Shown: positions 10,652 through 21,794 of the stretch, piece by piece
Layout: the number at the start of each line of letters is the position of its first letter
Numbering within the stretch: the stretch's first letter is position 1
Source of the DNA: Craspedostauros australis
Taxonomy: Eukaryota
Direction: 5' to 3'
Length of the DNA: 51,322 bases
Assembly (NCBI GenBank): GCA_030167865.1
Contig: JALAGF010006661.1
Location: 1 to 51,322 of the forward strand
The notes under the pieces: generated by a model
Databases searched by the model: none
Seen by the model: the letters and a program-made list of their open reading frames with translations, nothing else
What the model was told of the DNA's origin: nothing
Program-made: the position numbers and the translations under genes

Positions 10652-13600
10652 CTATTCAATGTCGGTCAGAACAGATATCTCATCCTCGTCAAAAGCCATC
10701 GATCCTCCAGCATTACTTCCAATCTCTGATCCGAAGACGAGCGCATTGCCAGGACCATCGCCGCCCTTGCTGCGATCGGCGAATGCATCAAGCTCTGCGC
10801 ACCTTGAAGTGATCGCCCCAGTGAAGGTGTCTCGGGTGATTCCGAAGAGGAAGTTGCCGTTGCCGTCGTCTGTGAGGCCCTCCGGACGCTGACGGTACGG
10901 ATCGTTGAGGGTCTTCAAGTACTTCTTGCGCCGCTGCTTGATGTCGTTGACCTTGCTCTTGCCGCCCCACGCCTTGTAGTAGTCGACGGCGTGCACAAAG
11001 TAGTCACCAACCATGGCCTTGGAACCGTGCTCGACGAAGTGCTCTCCAGCCATCTCGTTGGCGAGGGCAACGTCATGGATGCAGCCAGCATTGGTTGCTG
11101 CGATGATCGCAAGGTTGTAGGCATGCTGGATCCTGGGGTTCTGCTTGTTCTTGAGCGTGATCGCGAGCTCTTCTGCTTCGAGCAGGAGCACTTGGTACAT
11201 CCAGAATTTGCCTCTGGCCTTGGCGGTGTCTCTCAGCTTCTTGGTCAGCTTGCGCAGGGTCGTGAGATAGCTGCGTTTCCCTGTCTCTCGGAACCTCGCG
11301 GCGGCAGCCAGTCCTGCTACGTAGCACTCGGCGATGATGACCATGCATGACATCTCGCCAATGTTGAGGAGGACGAAGTTGCGGATCAGTCGTTCCGCCA
11401 TTTCGTACCGTCGATGGAACAAGGCCAGCAAGGCTCGCGCGTAGAAGAGCGTCGAATCCGAGATGAGGTCAGATTGGTCCTGAGTCTCCGTCAGGACATC
11501 CCGCTTGGATATTTCTTCCAGCTCAGGCCAGTTGATCGGCTCTTCTTCCATGAAGTTCGCGAATATGCCCCGAAGGTGCACAGCGATGCCGCTGAAGGCC
11601 GTGATGTTGTATGCTGCATATTGATCAAGGGCTGCATCAGCCGCCTTGAGCAGCGATCCCAGCTCCATTCCGTAGTACAGTCCCAGGAAGATGGTGCCTT
11701 GGTAATTCATGAGGCCGATGTCGAACTCCCCGACCTCCAGAGAATCCAGATAGCCTCTCCTGAACTGCCGCAGGACGTTTGGGAAAGGACGGCTGAAGGG
11801 GATGATGTACCAGGATGTCAAAAATCGGACGTTGCCTTGGATCGTTTTCCCGTCAACCAGATCGAGGATATCGTGTGAGATCTCTGTGCAGCGTTCTGCC
11901 GTGGCTTGGTCTCCCATACCGGCAATGACGAGGCCGTAGGTGACGAAGGCGCCGGCTGATTCCTTGCAGATGCCGTACTTGATGGTGGTGGACAACATCT
12001 TGCCGAGGTTGAGGATCACCATGAGCATGTTGCCGGTCGACTTGGCGCAGACGCTGAAGTCGGCGGCGACCTTCATGGCGAAGAGCTTCTTTGGGTTCGT
12101 CATGAGTGGCATTGAGAGGATCTGCTCGTTGGTGTTGTTCTTCAGGAAGGACCTGATTGCAATCATTGCCCTTGCAATGTGAACCGTGTACCATCGCTTG
12201 GGGAAGGTCTTCAATGACCGGAGCAAGCGCAGCTCCACGTCCAAGGCCTCTGCATGGCGGTCCTGTCTGGCCAAGGCTCTTCCCATGGAGAGGTAAGTTG
12301 CCATCTTGTCCTCCAACGAGCGGGCTCTCTCCAGTACTTCGTCGCACAGCTTGTAGCCGACTTCAAAGTTGCCCAGCGACAGCTCAACGTCAGCACGCGC
12401 GCAGTATATGTGCAGGCAGAGATCGTAGTGCTCGTCGCTGTCCCAGATGGATGGGCTGGGAGCGGCTTGGGTTTTGGCAGATCCCTTGGTCTTGCTGGAG
12501 GTCTTCGTCGGTGCGCTACTTCTCACGCGCTGCAACGCAGCATGTGCCTTTTGCAGGTATCCGACGGCAGATTCGAGGGCTGCCATCTCCAGGGCCTTGT
12601 CACCCACCTCCATGTTCATGGTGGCAGAGAAGATATGGTCCTTGGTTGGCACGCTGTTCAAGTGGTCCGCGGCCACGAACAGGAGACCGTCGTCGACTTC
12701 TGAAGTGGTCAAGGTCGAAGTGAAGGTTTCGGCCGACGTTGTCGAATGCGTGGATTGGGAAGACATGTTGAACTTGTTTTGCTGTCGACTTCCCTTCTTC
12801 GACTTGCGGGAATGCTTGTGTTTCCGCACGTGCTCATCTCCGTCCTCGCCTTGATCTTGGAGACGTTGTATCGAACGGTGCATCTTCAGTAGGCACCGGC
12901 CGATGCGCACGCGCAGCTTGTCGCGGGCCTCGCCGTAGGGGATCATGCCCTGTGCCGCCTGCTGGATGCGATCGTGTGCGAAGTGGTACTTGGTACCACC
13001 GATGGGGTTGGAGATGAGACGCTCCAGAACCGCGTTCTCGAGCATGTCAGATAGCTGCTGCGGTGTGGAGATGCCGTCCATGTCGTTGATCTCACCATCC
13101 ACGTGCTTGCACTCGTTCTGGAGCACCCGAAGCAGCACCGAGATGTCGAACATCGATCGGATGTAGGCGGCAACGGACAGGATCTGTTGCAGCTGCAGCG
13201 GGAGGCCACGCAGCTTGGACTCGATGATGCCGAGGATGTTGTCGCTGATGGGAAGCTGGGCGCTGCTAGCGTTGCTTCTATCGTCATCCTCTGGGTTGGA
13301 AAGGCTCCATTCCCATCGTTGGGAAAGGAGGTTGAAGGCGAGGATGTCCTTCCTTTCGAGCTCTTCGAGAGCCTGCAAGGTGAAGTAGATGTTGCCATCT
13401 GTCTTGGAGTGAAGCTTCCTGGCCAAGATCTCCACATCATCCCGCTGCAGCATGATCGAAAGCCATGCTGTCGTCTCGGCGAGTGTGAGGTTGGTGATCG
13501 TGATGTGATGGAGCGTTCGTGGATGGCGGTGCTTGCCAAGTTGGGACGTTGACGTGCTTGTAGTCATGACTGATGCATCGTCAGCATCGGCGGTTGCATG

Positions 13601-14719
13601 CTGATTGCCATCTTCGTCGTTGTCTGGCGACAATGGCTTGATGAGGCAGCGCGATAGAGGGTGGTCAGGGGGGAAATCCATCGGCTCGTCCGTGTGCGGG
13701 TTGGTGTCTTGACGGATGGCACCGAGCAACATGAAATTCTTGAGCCCCGGGTCGGCTACCACGTGCGCAAGTAGATCCAGTCCGATGCTGGCGGACCACT
13801 GCAGATCATCGAGGAGCATGTAGATGGGTCGTTCCTTCGTCGAGATTGCCTTCATGAACTGCACGAAGATGTACTGGAGCTGGTTCCAAGTATTCTCAGT
13901 GAGAACCGCGTTCGATGCTTGCGAAGCGCCTCCGCCGAGGGCGTGGCTGTCATTCAAGTTGATGCCGGAGCTGTCACGATCACTGGGGAAGGTGGCTGTC
14001 ACGGAGGCATCGCTTCGGGCTGACTTTGGCGAGAGGATGGAAAGTGACGGGACCACTTTCACCAACGGGCGAAACCCACCAGTGGGGAATGCCGCTCGCA
14101 CGCATTCACGCATGCGATGGAGTTCTTCCTTGGGGCCGTTCTTGAGTTGGATTGCGAAGTCTTGGAGGGCCTGGACGATGGCCGAGAATGGGTCGCTCTG
14201 ACCCGTGTACTCGTCGTACTTTCCACGAAGGACGTAGCAGCAGGAGCAAGAGGATGACGAAGATGCTGCCGGTGTTGGTTTCTCGTTCTCACTCTCACTC
14301 TCGCTCTTGCCATTGTCCGTCTGCGGCTGCTGGGCGGAGTCAGCGTTGCAGGTGCAGCATGTCTGCAGGAAGTGGTCGACGAGCGCAGACTTTCCTGTGC
14401 CGCTGACACCCCAGATCAACATGGCTGGGTACGCGTCGCAAGTTCCGGTTGGCGATGACGACGATGCCGATGCCGATACCTTGCCTCTGCCTTCGTCAGC
14501 TGATGTGAGGATGGCATCGTTCCGATGATGTCCAATGATCTTCTCCTTCAGGCTCCTCAGTTGTTCGAGCTCTGGCTCTCTTCCGAGGAAGCATGACGAA
14601 TCTCTCCAAGGCGCTGCGTGTGGTGCCTCGGCCGTTCCTTCGGCGTACCCGCTGTTGCTGTGGAGCTCTGCGCCGAACGAAGAGCCACTTACGTGAGGGT
14701 TGTGCCTTTGAATTTCCAT
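10652..14719 (-). CDS. STAND/AAA_16 NTPase-TPR-like protein, copy 2 (1355 aa)
   Basis: Same motif set (GVSGTGKS, LLDDLQWS, HFAHDRIQQAA, YKAWGGKSKV). Colinear with copy 1. Confidence 0.88.
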   Translation of the reverse strand: MEIQRHNPHVSGSSFGAELHSNSGYAEGTAEAPHAAPWRDSSCFLGREPELEQLRSLKEKIIGHHRNDAILTSADEGRGKVSASASSSSPTGTCDAYPAMLIWGVSGTGKSALVDHFLQTCCTCNADSAQQPQTDNGKSESESENEKPTPAASSSSSCSCCYVLRGKYDEYTGQSDPFSAIVQALQDFAIQLKNGPKEELHRMRECVRAAFPTGGFRPLVKVVPSLSILSPKSARSDASVTATFPSDRDSSGINLNDSHALGGGASQASNAVLTENTWNQLQYIFVQFMKAISTKERPIYMLLDDLQWSASIGLDLLAHVVADPGLKNFMLLGAIRQDTNPHTDEPMDFPPDHPLSRCLIKPLSPDNDEDGNQHATADADDASVMTTSTSTSQLGKHRHPRTLHHITITNLTLAETTAWLSIMLQRDDVEILARKLHSKTDGNIYFTLQALEELERKDILAFNLLSQRWEWSLSNPEDDDRSNASSAQLPISDNILGIIESKLRGLPLQLQQILSVAAYIRSMFDISVLLRVLQNECKHVDGEINDMDGISTPQQLSDMLENAVLERLISNPIGGTKYHFAHDRIQQAAQGMIPYGEARDKLRVRIGRCLLKMHRSIQRLQDQGEDGDEHVRKHKHSRKSKKGSRQQNKFNMSSQSTHSTTSAETFTSTLTTSEVDDGLLFVAADHLNSVPTKDHIFSATMNMEVGDKALEMAALESAVGYLQKAHAALQRVRSSAPTKTSSKTKGSAKTQAAPSPSIWDSDEHYDLCLHIYCARADVELSLGNFEVGYKLCDEVLERARSLEDKMATYLSMGRALARQDRHAEALDVELRLLRSLKTFPKRWYTVHIARAMIAIRSFLKNNTNEQILSMPLMTNPKKLFAMKVAADFSVCAKSTGNMLMVILNLGKMLSTTIKYGICKESAGAFVTYGLVIAGMGDQATAERCTEISHDILDLVDGKTIQGNVRFLTSWYIIPFSRPFPNVLRQFRRGYLDSLEVGEFDIGLMNYQGTIFLGLYYGMELGSLLKAADAALDQYAAYNITAFSGIAVHLRGIFANFMEEEPINWPELEEISKRDVLTETQDQSDLISDSTLFYARALLALFHRRYEMAERLIRNFVLLNIGEMSCMVIIAECYVAGLAAAARFRETGKRSYLTTLRKLTKKLRDTAKARGKFWMYQVLLLEAEELAITLKNKQNPRIQHAYNLAIIAATNAGCIHDVALANEMAGEHFVEHGSKAMVGDYFVHAVDYYKAWGGKSKVNDIKQRRKKYLKTLNDPYRQRPEGLTDDGNGNFLFGITRDTFTGAITSRCAELDAFADRSKGGDGPGNALVFGSEIGSNAGGSMAFDEDEISVLTDIE

Positions 14720-16220
14720 GTTGTTGCGGGGTTGGATTGTGGTGCAGCTGCGGCGTGCCTGTTCTCAACAGAGAATCTCGGAGATGTGGCAGGTATTGGT
14801 GTTATATGTATTGTATGGTGCAATACGTTCGGATGGGAGTATTGCAATGGTAGAGTCGGGTATTATGTGAAAATGGTTGAGAGGTTTGGAGGACGTTTGC
14901 AATTTTGTGAGAGGAAGACGTTGCTTGGGTTGTGGACCTCGGCAAGTGCTCAGTTGCCCGGCCACACAGAGTCGCCGGTGTTCCGAAATGCCAAATTGTG
15001 AAACCTGACGCGACATGCTTCAGTCCAAAGGGGCATTGCGCTCCTTCAAGACACACCAAAACGAAAGTGTCTCACTTGTTTTGCACGTGGTGGTCTCACT
15101 GGACAAATGCGACGGACCAGTTCATGTTGTTGACCAACACCGAAGGGAAGGCCCAAGGCACGATGCTGGCGGAGCAACGCGTGAGAAACAGCCGACTGCA
15201 TGTGCGGCGCTCTCGAGAGGCCGCTTCTCGTCAGGGTTGACTGAAGAACCTGCACCGGACGAAATGGCTGGTCCTTGGAGACCACACATCACCATGTGAC
15301 GAAACGACGATCGAAGTAGAAAACAGCTTGGGTCATCTGCGCCAATGGCCACACGAGCACCATTTCATCCGTAACTCCTCGTGATGCATGATTCTGTCTC
15401 TGCGAGATTGGACTGAGAAGTCGCCGCGAGGACCTCATCAAGACAAATCGAGCGACCAGAAGTTGCTTTGGGTCCAAACAGGGCCCTTCCTTCGATCGTG
15501 AAGCGTCTTGTTCCCATTCGCTTCGATGGCAATGGCTCAAAGATTCGTGGTTTCTTCCAGAGGTTCACTCAATCACTGATTCGCAGATTAAAGGTTCCCC
15601 TCAGCCGATTTGTCCGTCTCTCACGACCACAGAAGCGATAACGAAGGCCATGCGTGGCGTTGGTGCCACTTGTCAATGCATGCATCCAAGTCGAATCCTC
15701 ACAACGGACATAATCGCGACGCTTCACGTTCTCTGTCTCATCGCCAACGAAGGACAGCAAGATTAAAAGTTCCTACTTGCAGACTCTCTGAAGTCATCGA
15801 GAGGTTGCTGACGACGAACTTGTGCAGCGCCAACGGCGCGCATGAAGAAATTGAAGTCAATCAAGTGCATTGATTCATTTTGATTCAGGGTTGATTACAA
15901 TTTCTGGACACTTCCTGCGCCATAATTGTTTGCTTTGTGATGACTGTAACCGGAACACCGTCACACCGATGGTGATGCCACTTGCGCGTCGTTGTTGAAT
16001 TGTGATTGAATCTCGTCACAGAAATCAACTTGGTTGGGATGTCGTCTGTTTTCCGTCCGTATCTAAACGGTTCTCAACCGTTGCAATACTTGGCTAATTT
16101 TCTCCGCGATGTGACATTCCCCTACGAGCTCTGCTTGAGTATACTACGTGTTGCGTATCTTTCATTCGTGTATGTCTAAGTTTAGTTGAGTCTGTATAGA
16201 CCAGGACGCCATGGTGCGCC

Positions 16221-19200
16221 TCATTCAATGTCGGTCAAGACAGAGACTTCGTCATCATCCGCGAAGTGTCCGGAAGGCCCGACGCTCTCCCCGATCTCCG
16301 ATCCCAACATCAGCACATCTTCGGAACCACAACCGCCACGGTCGTTCCTGGTACGGTCAGCGAATGCCTCGAGACCCGCGCACCGCGTGGTGATCGCTCC
16401 GGTGAAGGCATCTCGTGTGATTCCGAAGAGGTAGTTGCCATTGCCGTCGTTCTGGAGGCCTTTGGGTCGCTTGCGATTGGGGTTGTTCAGGTGCTTGAGG
16501 AACTTCTTGCGCCGTTGCTTGAGGTCGGTAACCTTGCTCTTGCAACCCCATGCCCTGTAGTAGTCGACTGCATGCACGAAGTAGGTACCAACCAGGTCCT
16601 TGCAGCCATGTCGCAAGTAGTGCTCGCCCGCCAGCTCGTTGGCGAGGGCCGCCTCGTGGATGCAACCAGCTTGTGTTGCTGTGAGGATTGCAATGCTGTA
16701 CGCATGCTGAATCCTCGAGTGTCGCTTGTTCTTCACCGTGATGGCGAGCTCTTCAGCTTCCAGCAAGAAGGCTTGGTGCAACCATTTGGTTCCTCTGGAC
16801 GATGCGGCTTGGCGCAGCATTCTCTTCATCTTCTGCAGTTTCGAGAGATGGCGCCGGTCTCCTCTCTCTCGGTGCCGTGCCGCGGCGATTAAGCCTGAGA
16901 AGAAGCCTTCCGTAAGAATCGTCAGGAATGATGTGTTGCCCACAGCAGTGACGATGAAATTGCGGAGCATTCCTTCGGCAATGTCGTAGCGATGGTGGTA
17001 TGTAGCCAAGAAGGTCCCACCGAAGTATTGCATGGAAGCGGCGACGACATCAGATCGAGGATGTGGATCGTTCTTCATGTCACGCTTGGATGCGATCTCT
17101 AGTTGCGACCAATCAATCTCATCTTCCTCCAGCAGAAACCTGAACAGGTTCCGAAATGCGACTGCCATGCCATTGACGGCCTGCAGCTTGTACATTGCCA
17201 CGTCTCCGAGCACGTTGTCTACCGCATTGAGCAACGGACGCAACTCCAGTCCTGAGAAGAACCCCATGGAGATGCAGCATTGATAGTTGACGAGACCTTT
17301 GTCAAATTCGCCCACCTCCATCGAATCAAGGTATCCCTTCCTGAACTCTGGGAGCAGAACCTTGAAAGGTGCCCTGAATGCAGAGATGTACCAAGCCGAG
17401 AGCAGGCAGACAATGCCACGAATCGACTTCGCGTCGGTTCTGTCTGCAATGGCGTGTGCAATCACCGTACATCGATGCGCCATGGCGTGGTCGCCTGTGG
17501 CGCCCATCAAAAATCCGTATGTGACGAAAGCGCTGGACGAATCTTGGCAGATCCCGTACTTGATGGTCCTGCAAACCATCTTGCAGAGGTTCAACATCAT
17601 CACGGGCATGTTGTGAACGATCTGGGCGCGTTGCGCAAGGTCGGCAGAAATCTTCATGGCGAAGATCTTCCTTGGATCTGTCATCAACGGCATGGAAAGG
17701 ATGTCATCATTGGTGTTCTTCTTCATGAAGGACCGGATCTTCAACATGGATTTGACAATTCGGGGGATGAACCAGCTCTTTGGAAAGCCGTTCATTAGCT
17801 GGAGCGCACGTACGTCCAGGTCAAGGGCTTCAAAGTGCCGAGCCTCCCTCCCCAATGCCCTGGACATGGAGTAAAACGTCAGGATTTTGTCATCCGACGA
17901 CCTGGCTCTCTCCAGCACTTCCTCGCACAGCTTGTAGCCGACATCGTAGTTGCCCAGCGACAATTCGATGTCCGCGCGGGCACGATAGAGGTGCAAGCAG
18001 ATGTCGTAGTGCTCGCAATCATCCCACATCGATGAGGTGGCATCTTGGCTTCCGCTGGATGTGCCGTCCTTGGGAGATGCGCTGCTTCGCACACGACGCA
18101 ATGCGGTGTGTGCCCTTTGCAGGTACGCAGAGGCCTCTTGGATCGCCGCCATCTCCATTGCCTTCTCGCCGACCTCCAGGTTCATGATGACGGAGAACAT
18201 GTGGTCCTTGGTCTGCACACTGTTCAAGTGGTCCGCGGCCACGAACAGGAGACCATCGTCGATGGTGGGCGTGGGCAGGGTCGAGGTGAAAGTTTCGGTG
18301 GACGTTGTGGAATGTGTGGACTGAGAGTCCGTCAAGACCCTGTCTCCTTTGTGCGGGATGTTTTCCACCATGGAATCAATCATGTTCCTGCGCACACGCC
18401 CATGCCCACACCCGTGCTCGTCTTGGTCCAGATGTCGCTGCACGGCACGGTACATCTTCAGCAAGTAGCTGCCGATTCGCACGCGCAGCTTGTCGCGCGC
18501 CTCGCCGAATGGAATCATTCCGTAAGCGGCCTGCTGGATGCGATCGTGCGCAAAGTGGTATCTGGTGCCGCCGATCGGGTTGGAGATCAGACGCTCCAAA
18601 ACTGCGTGCTCCAGCGTGTAGGAGAGCTCTTGCGTGGTGGAAATGCCGTGCATGGTATCAACGACACTATCCGCATGCTTGCACTCATTCTCGAGCACCC
18701 GATGCAGGACCGAGATGTCAAACATCGATCGGATGTAGGCTGCAACGGACAGCACCTGCTGCAGCTGGGTGGGGAGCTCTCGCAGTTTGGACTCGATGAG
18801 ACCGTTGATGCTGTCACTGACTGGGAGTTTCGCACTGCTGGCATTGCTCCTTTCGTCATCCCCGGGTGTTGAAAGGCGCCATTCCCATTGCTGGGAAATG
18901 GAGCTGAAGGCGAGGACGCCCTTCCTCTCCAATGCTTCGAGGGCTTGCAAGGTGAAGTAGATGTTGCCCTTCGTCTTGGCGTGGAGCTTCTTGGATAGGG
19001 TTTCGATGCCATCGCAATCCAACATGATCGAGAGCCACGCAGCCATCTCATCCGGCGTGAGATTGGTGAGCGTGATCTGATGGAGTCTTCGTTCATCACG
19101 GTGTTGGTTGGTGGGAACGGCTGCTGATACCGACGCAGTCAGGACTGAGACATCGTCATATCCAAAACCTGGGTTCTGATTACCATCGTCGTCGGCAGCA

Positions 19201-20384
19201 TCGGGTGACAATGGCATGATGAGGCAGCGCGACAGAGGATGGTCGGGGGCGAGATCCAGCGGTTCCTCGTTGTGTATATCAGTCTCCTGACGGATGGCAC
19301 CGAGCAGCAGGAAGTTGCGCAGCCCCATGTCAGCCACCAAGCCAGCGATGAGGTCCAATCCGATGCTGGCGGACCACTGCAGATCGTCCAAGAACATGTA
19401 GATGGGCCGCTCTTGCGTCGAGATTGCCTTGATGAACTGTACGAAGATGTACTGCAGCTGGTTCCACGTCTTCTCCGTTAGGACTGCACCTGACAACAGC
19501 GCAGAGGGTTCACCGCTTGCGTTGGCTTGGCTCTCAGCGAGGCTGATATTGAGGTTGTCACCGCTGTTGACGGCGGAATACCCGATGGAGTGGCTCCTCA
19601 TTGTGGCATCTCTAACGGTCAATCTGGGTGACAGGATGGCAAGGGACGGCACCAGCTTCACCAACGGTCGGAATCCTCCCGTGGGGAAGGCGACTCGGAC
19701 GCATTCGCGCATCCGATCCAGCTCTTCCTTCGGACCGCGCTTGAGCTGAGTTGTGAAGTCCTGGATGGTCTGGACGATGGCCGAGAATGGGTCGCTCTTG
19801 CCAGTGTACTCGTCGTACTTTCCGCGAAGGACGTAGCAGCAGGTGCAGGATGGTGGTCGTGCTGCTTGTTCGTCGTTCTGCTGTCCATTCTTGTGGCGAC
19901 TTGAGTTGGCGTCGCAACTGCAGCACGTACTCAAGAAATGGTCGACGAGTGCCGACTTTCCTGTACCGCTGACGCCCCAAACCAGGGCAGCCGGATACAC
20001 ATCTACGACGTTGTTTGGCGTCGGTTGGGCTGCTGCCGTGGCCTTGTCTTCGTCTGCCGATGGCGGAAGGGAGCCGCTCTGGTGCTCTCCAATGATCTTC
20101 TCCTTCAAGCTCTTGAGCTGCTCCAGCTCGGGCTCTCTGCCAAGGAAGCGCGACGAGTCTCTCCAGGGAGCCAAGGGTGGTGCTTCGGCTGATGCATCTG
20201 ATGTATCTGTTGCATCACGCGGAAGATTGCCTTGGCCGCCATGATGGGCACCAGAGGAGGATAGTGTGCCGAGACCCTGCTCCTCCGCGTTGGCATCATC
20301 ATGAACCTTCGTACCGGACGGAAATTCAGGAGAGTGGTCATTACGCGGTTGCTGTGGTGGGATTGTTGGATGTTGGACTTCCAT
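16221..20384 (-). CDS. STAND/AAA_16 NTPase-TPR-like protein, copy 3 (1387 aa)
   Basis: Same motif set (GVSGTGKS, FLDDLQWS, HFAHDRIQQAA, YRAWGCKSKV). Colinear with copies 1 and 2. Confidence 0.88.
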   Translation of the reverse strand: MEVQHPTIPPQQPRNDHSPEFPSGTKVHDDANAEEQGLGTLSSSGAHHGGQGNLPRDATDTSDASAEAPPLAPWRDSSRFLGREPELEQLKSLKEKIIGEHQSGSLPPSADEDKATAAAQPTPNNVVDVYPAALVWGVSGTGKSALVDHFLSTCCSCDANSSRHKNGQQNDEQAARPPSCTCCYVLRGKYDEYTGKSDPFSAIVQTIQDFTTQLKRGPKEELDRMRECVRVAFPTGGFRPLVKLVPSLAILSPRLTVRDATMRSHSIGYSAVNSGDNLNISLAESQANASGEPSALLSGAVLTEKTWNQLQYIFVQFIKAISTQERPIYMFLDDLQWSASIGLDLIAGLVADMGLRNFLLLGAIRQETDIHNEEPLDLAPDHPLSRCLIMPLSPDAADDDGNQNPGFGYDDVSVLTASVSAAVPTNQHRDERRLHQITLTNLTPDEMAAWLSIMLDCDGIETLSKKLHAKTKGNIYFTLQALEALERKGVLAFSSISQQWEWRLSTPGDDERSNASSAKLPVSDSINGLIESKLRELPTQLQQVLSVAAYIRSMFDISVLHRVLENECKHADSVVDTMHGISTTQELSYTLEHAVLERLISNPIGGTRYHFAHDRIQQAAYGMIPFGEARDKLRVRIGSYLLKMYRAVQRHLDQDEHGCGHGRVRRNMIDSMVENIPHKGDRVLTDSQSTHSTTSTETFTSTLPTPTIDDGLLFVAADHLNSVQTKDHMFSVIMNLEVGEKAMEMAAIQEASAYLQRAHTALRRVRSSASPKDGTSSGSQDATSSMWDDCEHYDICLHLYRARADIELSLGNYDVGYKLCEEVLERARSSDDKILTFYSMSRALGREARHFEALDLDVRALQLMNGFPKSWFIPRIVKSMLKIRSFMKKNTNDDILSMPLMTDPRKIFAMKISADLAQRAQIVHNMPVMMLNLCKMVCRTIKYGICQDSSSAFVTYGFLMGATGDHAMAHRCTVIAHAIADRTDAKSIRGIVCLLSAWYISAFRAPFKVLLPEFRKGYLDSMEVGEFDKGLVNYQCCISMGFFSGLELRPLLNAVDNVLGDVAMYKLQAVNGMAVAFRNLFRFLLEEDEIDWSQLEIASKRDMKNDPHPRSDVVAASMQYFGGTFLATYHHRYDIAEGMLRNFIVTAVGNTSFLTILTEGFFSGLIAAARHRERGDRRHLSKLQKMKRMLRQAASSRGTKWLHQAFLLEAEELAITVKNKRHSRIQHAYSIAILTATQAGCIHEAALANELAGEHYLRHGCKDLVGTYFVHAVDYYRAWGCKSKVTDLKQRRKKFLKHLNNPNRKRPKGLQNDGNGNYLFGITRDAFTGAITTRCAGLEAFADRTRNDRGGCGSEDVLMLGSEIGESVGPSGHFADDDEVSVLTDIE

Positions 20385-21794
20385 GGTGGCGAATGATTGA
20401 CGTACTTGCCGATTTTGTGAATTGTGAACCAGAAACGTCGACCCTGGAACTTGAAACTAGGGGAAGCGCGTACCCTGCGATGCGGTGCGTAGTGCTATGT
20501 TGTGCTATGTCGTGCTATGCTTTGTCCTGGGTTGGGCCTTGGTCGTGTCACCTTCCGAGGAGGCGGGCAGGACCGGGCTTTTGCGTCACAGCGCGCCGCA
20601 GGGTTCCCCGGTATTGGTCCACCGCGAGTCATCGGATGACACCGCCCCGCCTGCTTCATTCGGCATGTCTTGCACGCAACAGGTTCACTTGTGTGCGGTT
20701 TTGTCATGCTCTCTTCAGAGCCTCCCACCGACATCCAGCGCATGCACCATCGTCACCGTGATCGTGTTGGAGTAGCGCGAGTGAGGTTGAACTTCCAAGC
20801 AGAGAAGCAAGATCCTTGTCAAATGCGTTCTTCTTCCTGCGAAGCTGGCACGTTGCTTCCATTTTGTCACGTTTGGATCGTACGTAACCGGGAAGTAGTG
20901 CTCACTCTCGATCGTAATCCAGAGAACATGGTTGTCAACAGACATTCGCGCGAGGACACGATGACGATCCCCATCATGTCGGCACCGTTCCCGTCTCAAG
21001 ATCGCGTCCTCTCTTGACGCTTTCCAAAGGATAATAGTATCTACTTTGGTGGGATGGAACAGAGGGGATCTCTTGCCGGATCGTTCGTGACTAATCAGGT
21101 GCGGCAATCGCAAACAAAAAGACGGCCGCATCGATTAATTGGGCTGACGTCGCCGGTACTTCGTTGTCGATGTCCGCACAGCGCCCTCCTCTTGTGTCAG
21201 TGGCCAATGTTGTGAAGGGGGTGCGAAGAAGCTCTGGAGATGTCACGAGAATGGAGAACTTTTGAGCTCAAGCGATCAAATCTGTCGCAACCGCGGCGCT
21301 TTTTTGTCCTCTCGCGAAGAAAGCGCGATCTGGTTTCGTCATGGTTCGAGCTTTCGCGTCGCTGTTGCGGTTCTTGTTGCTGTTGTTTGTTGTTCACACA
21401 TATTTGGGGAAGCGGTAAATTACATATATCAACAGATAACGAGGGACGTGGTTGAACTTGTTGGTGTTTGGATGTGGAAATGTGTTGGGCGACACATCGG
21501 TCACGGATGACAACGTTCAATCACGAAATGTATGCTCGGAGTAGTCGATCAGGACCGAACCCAAGAATGACGTTGTTCGCCCAAACCACAAAACCAAAAC
21601 GAATCCAGAAACACGAAGAGAACACTTCCCAACAAAGCACCCAACACGTTGTTCGACAACAATGGGCACTCACTCAACACCCCACACGTTGGAGCAGGGA
21701 GGCCGAATGCAGGTCAACAACAGGTCATGAAGGAGATGCATCAAAGGGAGGCATACGACTACATACCACTGCTGCAAAATTCCATAGACAAAAC

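Noticed and set aside
15855..15900. Cluster of TTGATT/AATCAA hexamers
   Set aside because: Short, AT-rich and not repeated near the other paralogues, so it cannot be distinguished from chance.
4597..20384. Bacterial contamination as the source of the intronless COG3899-like genes
   Set aside because: They are interleaved with an intron-containing P450, contiguous with diatom genes, separated by 1.5-1.9 kb spacers and rich in eukaryote-style low-complexity inserts.
21468..21794. ORF-track N-terminal extensions of the kinase (also 25107-25364, 28057-28197 and 31144-31191)
   Set aside because: They start at non-ATG codons or lie in UTR/intron sequence. Downstream ATGs give proper signal peptides.
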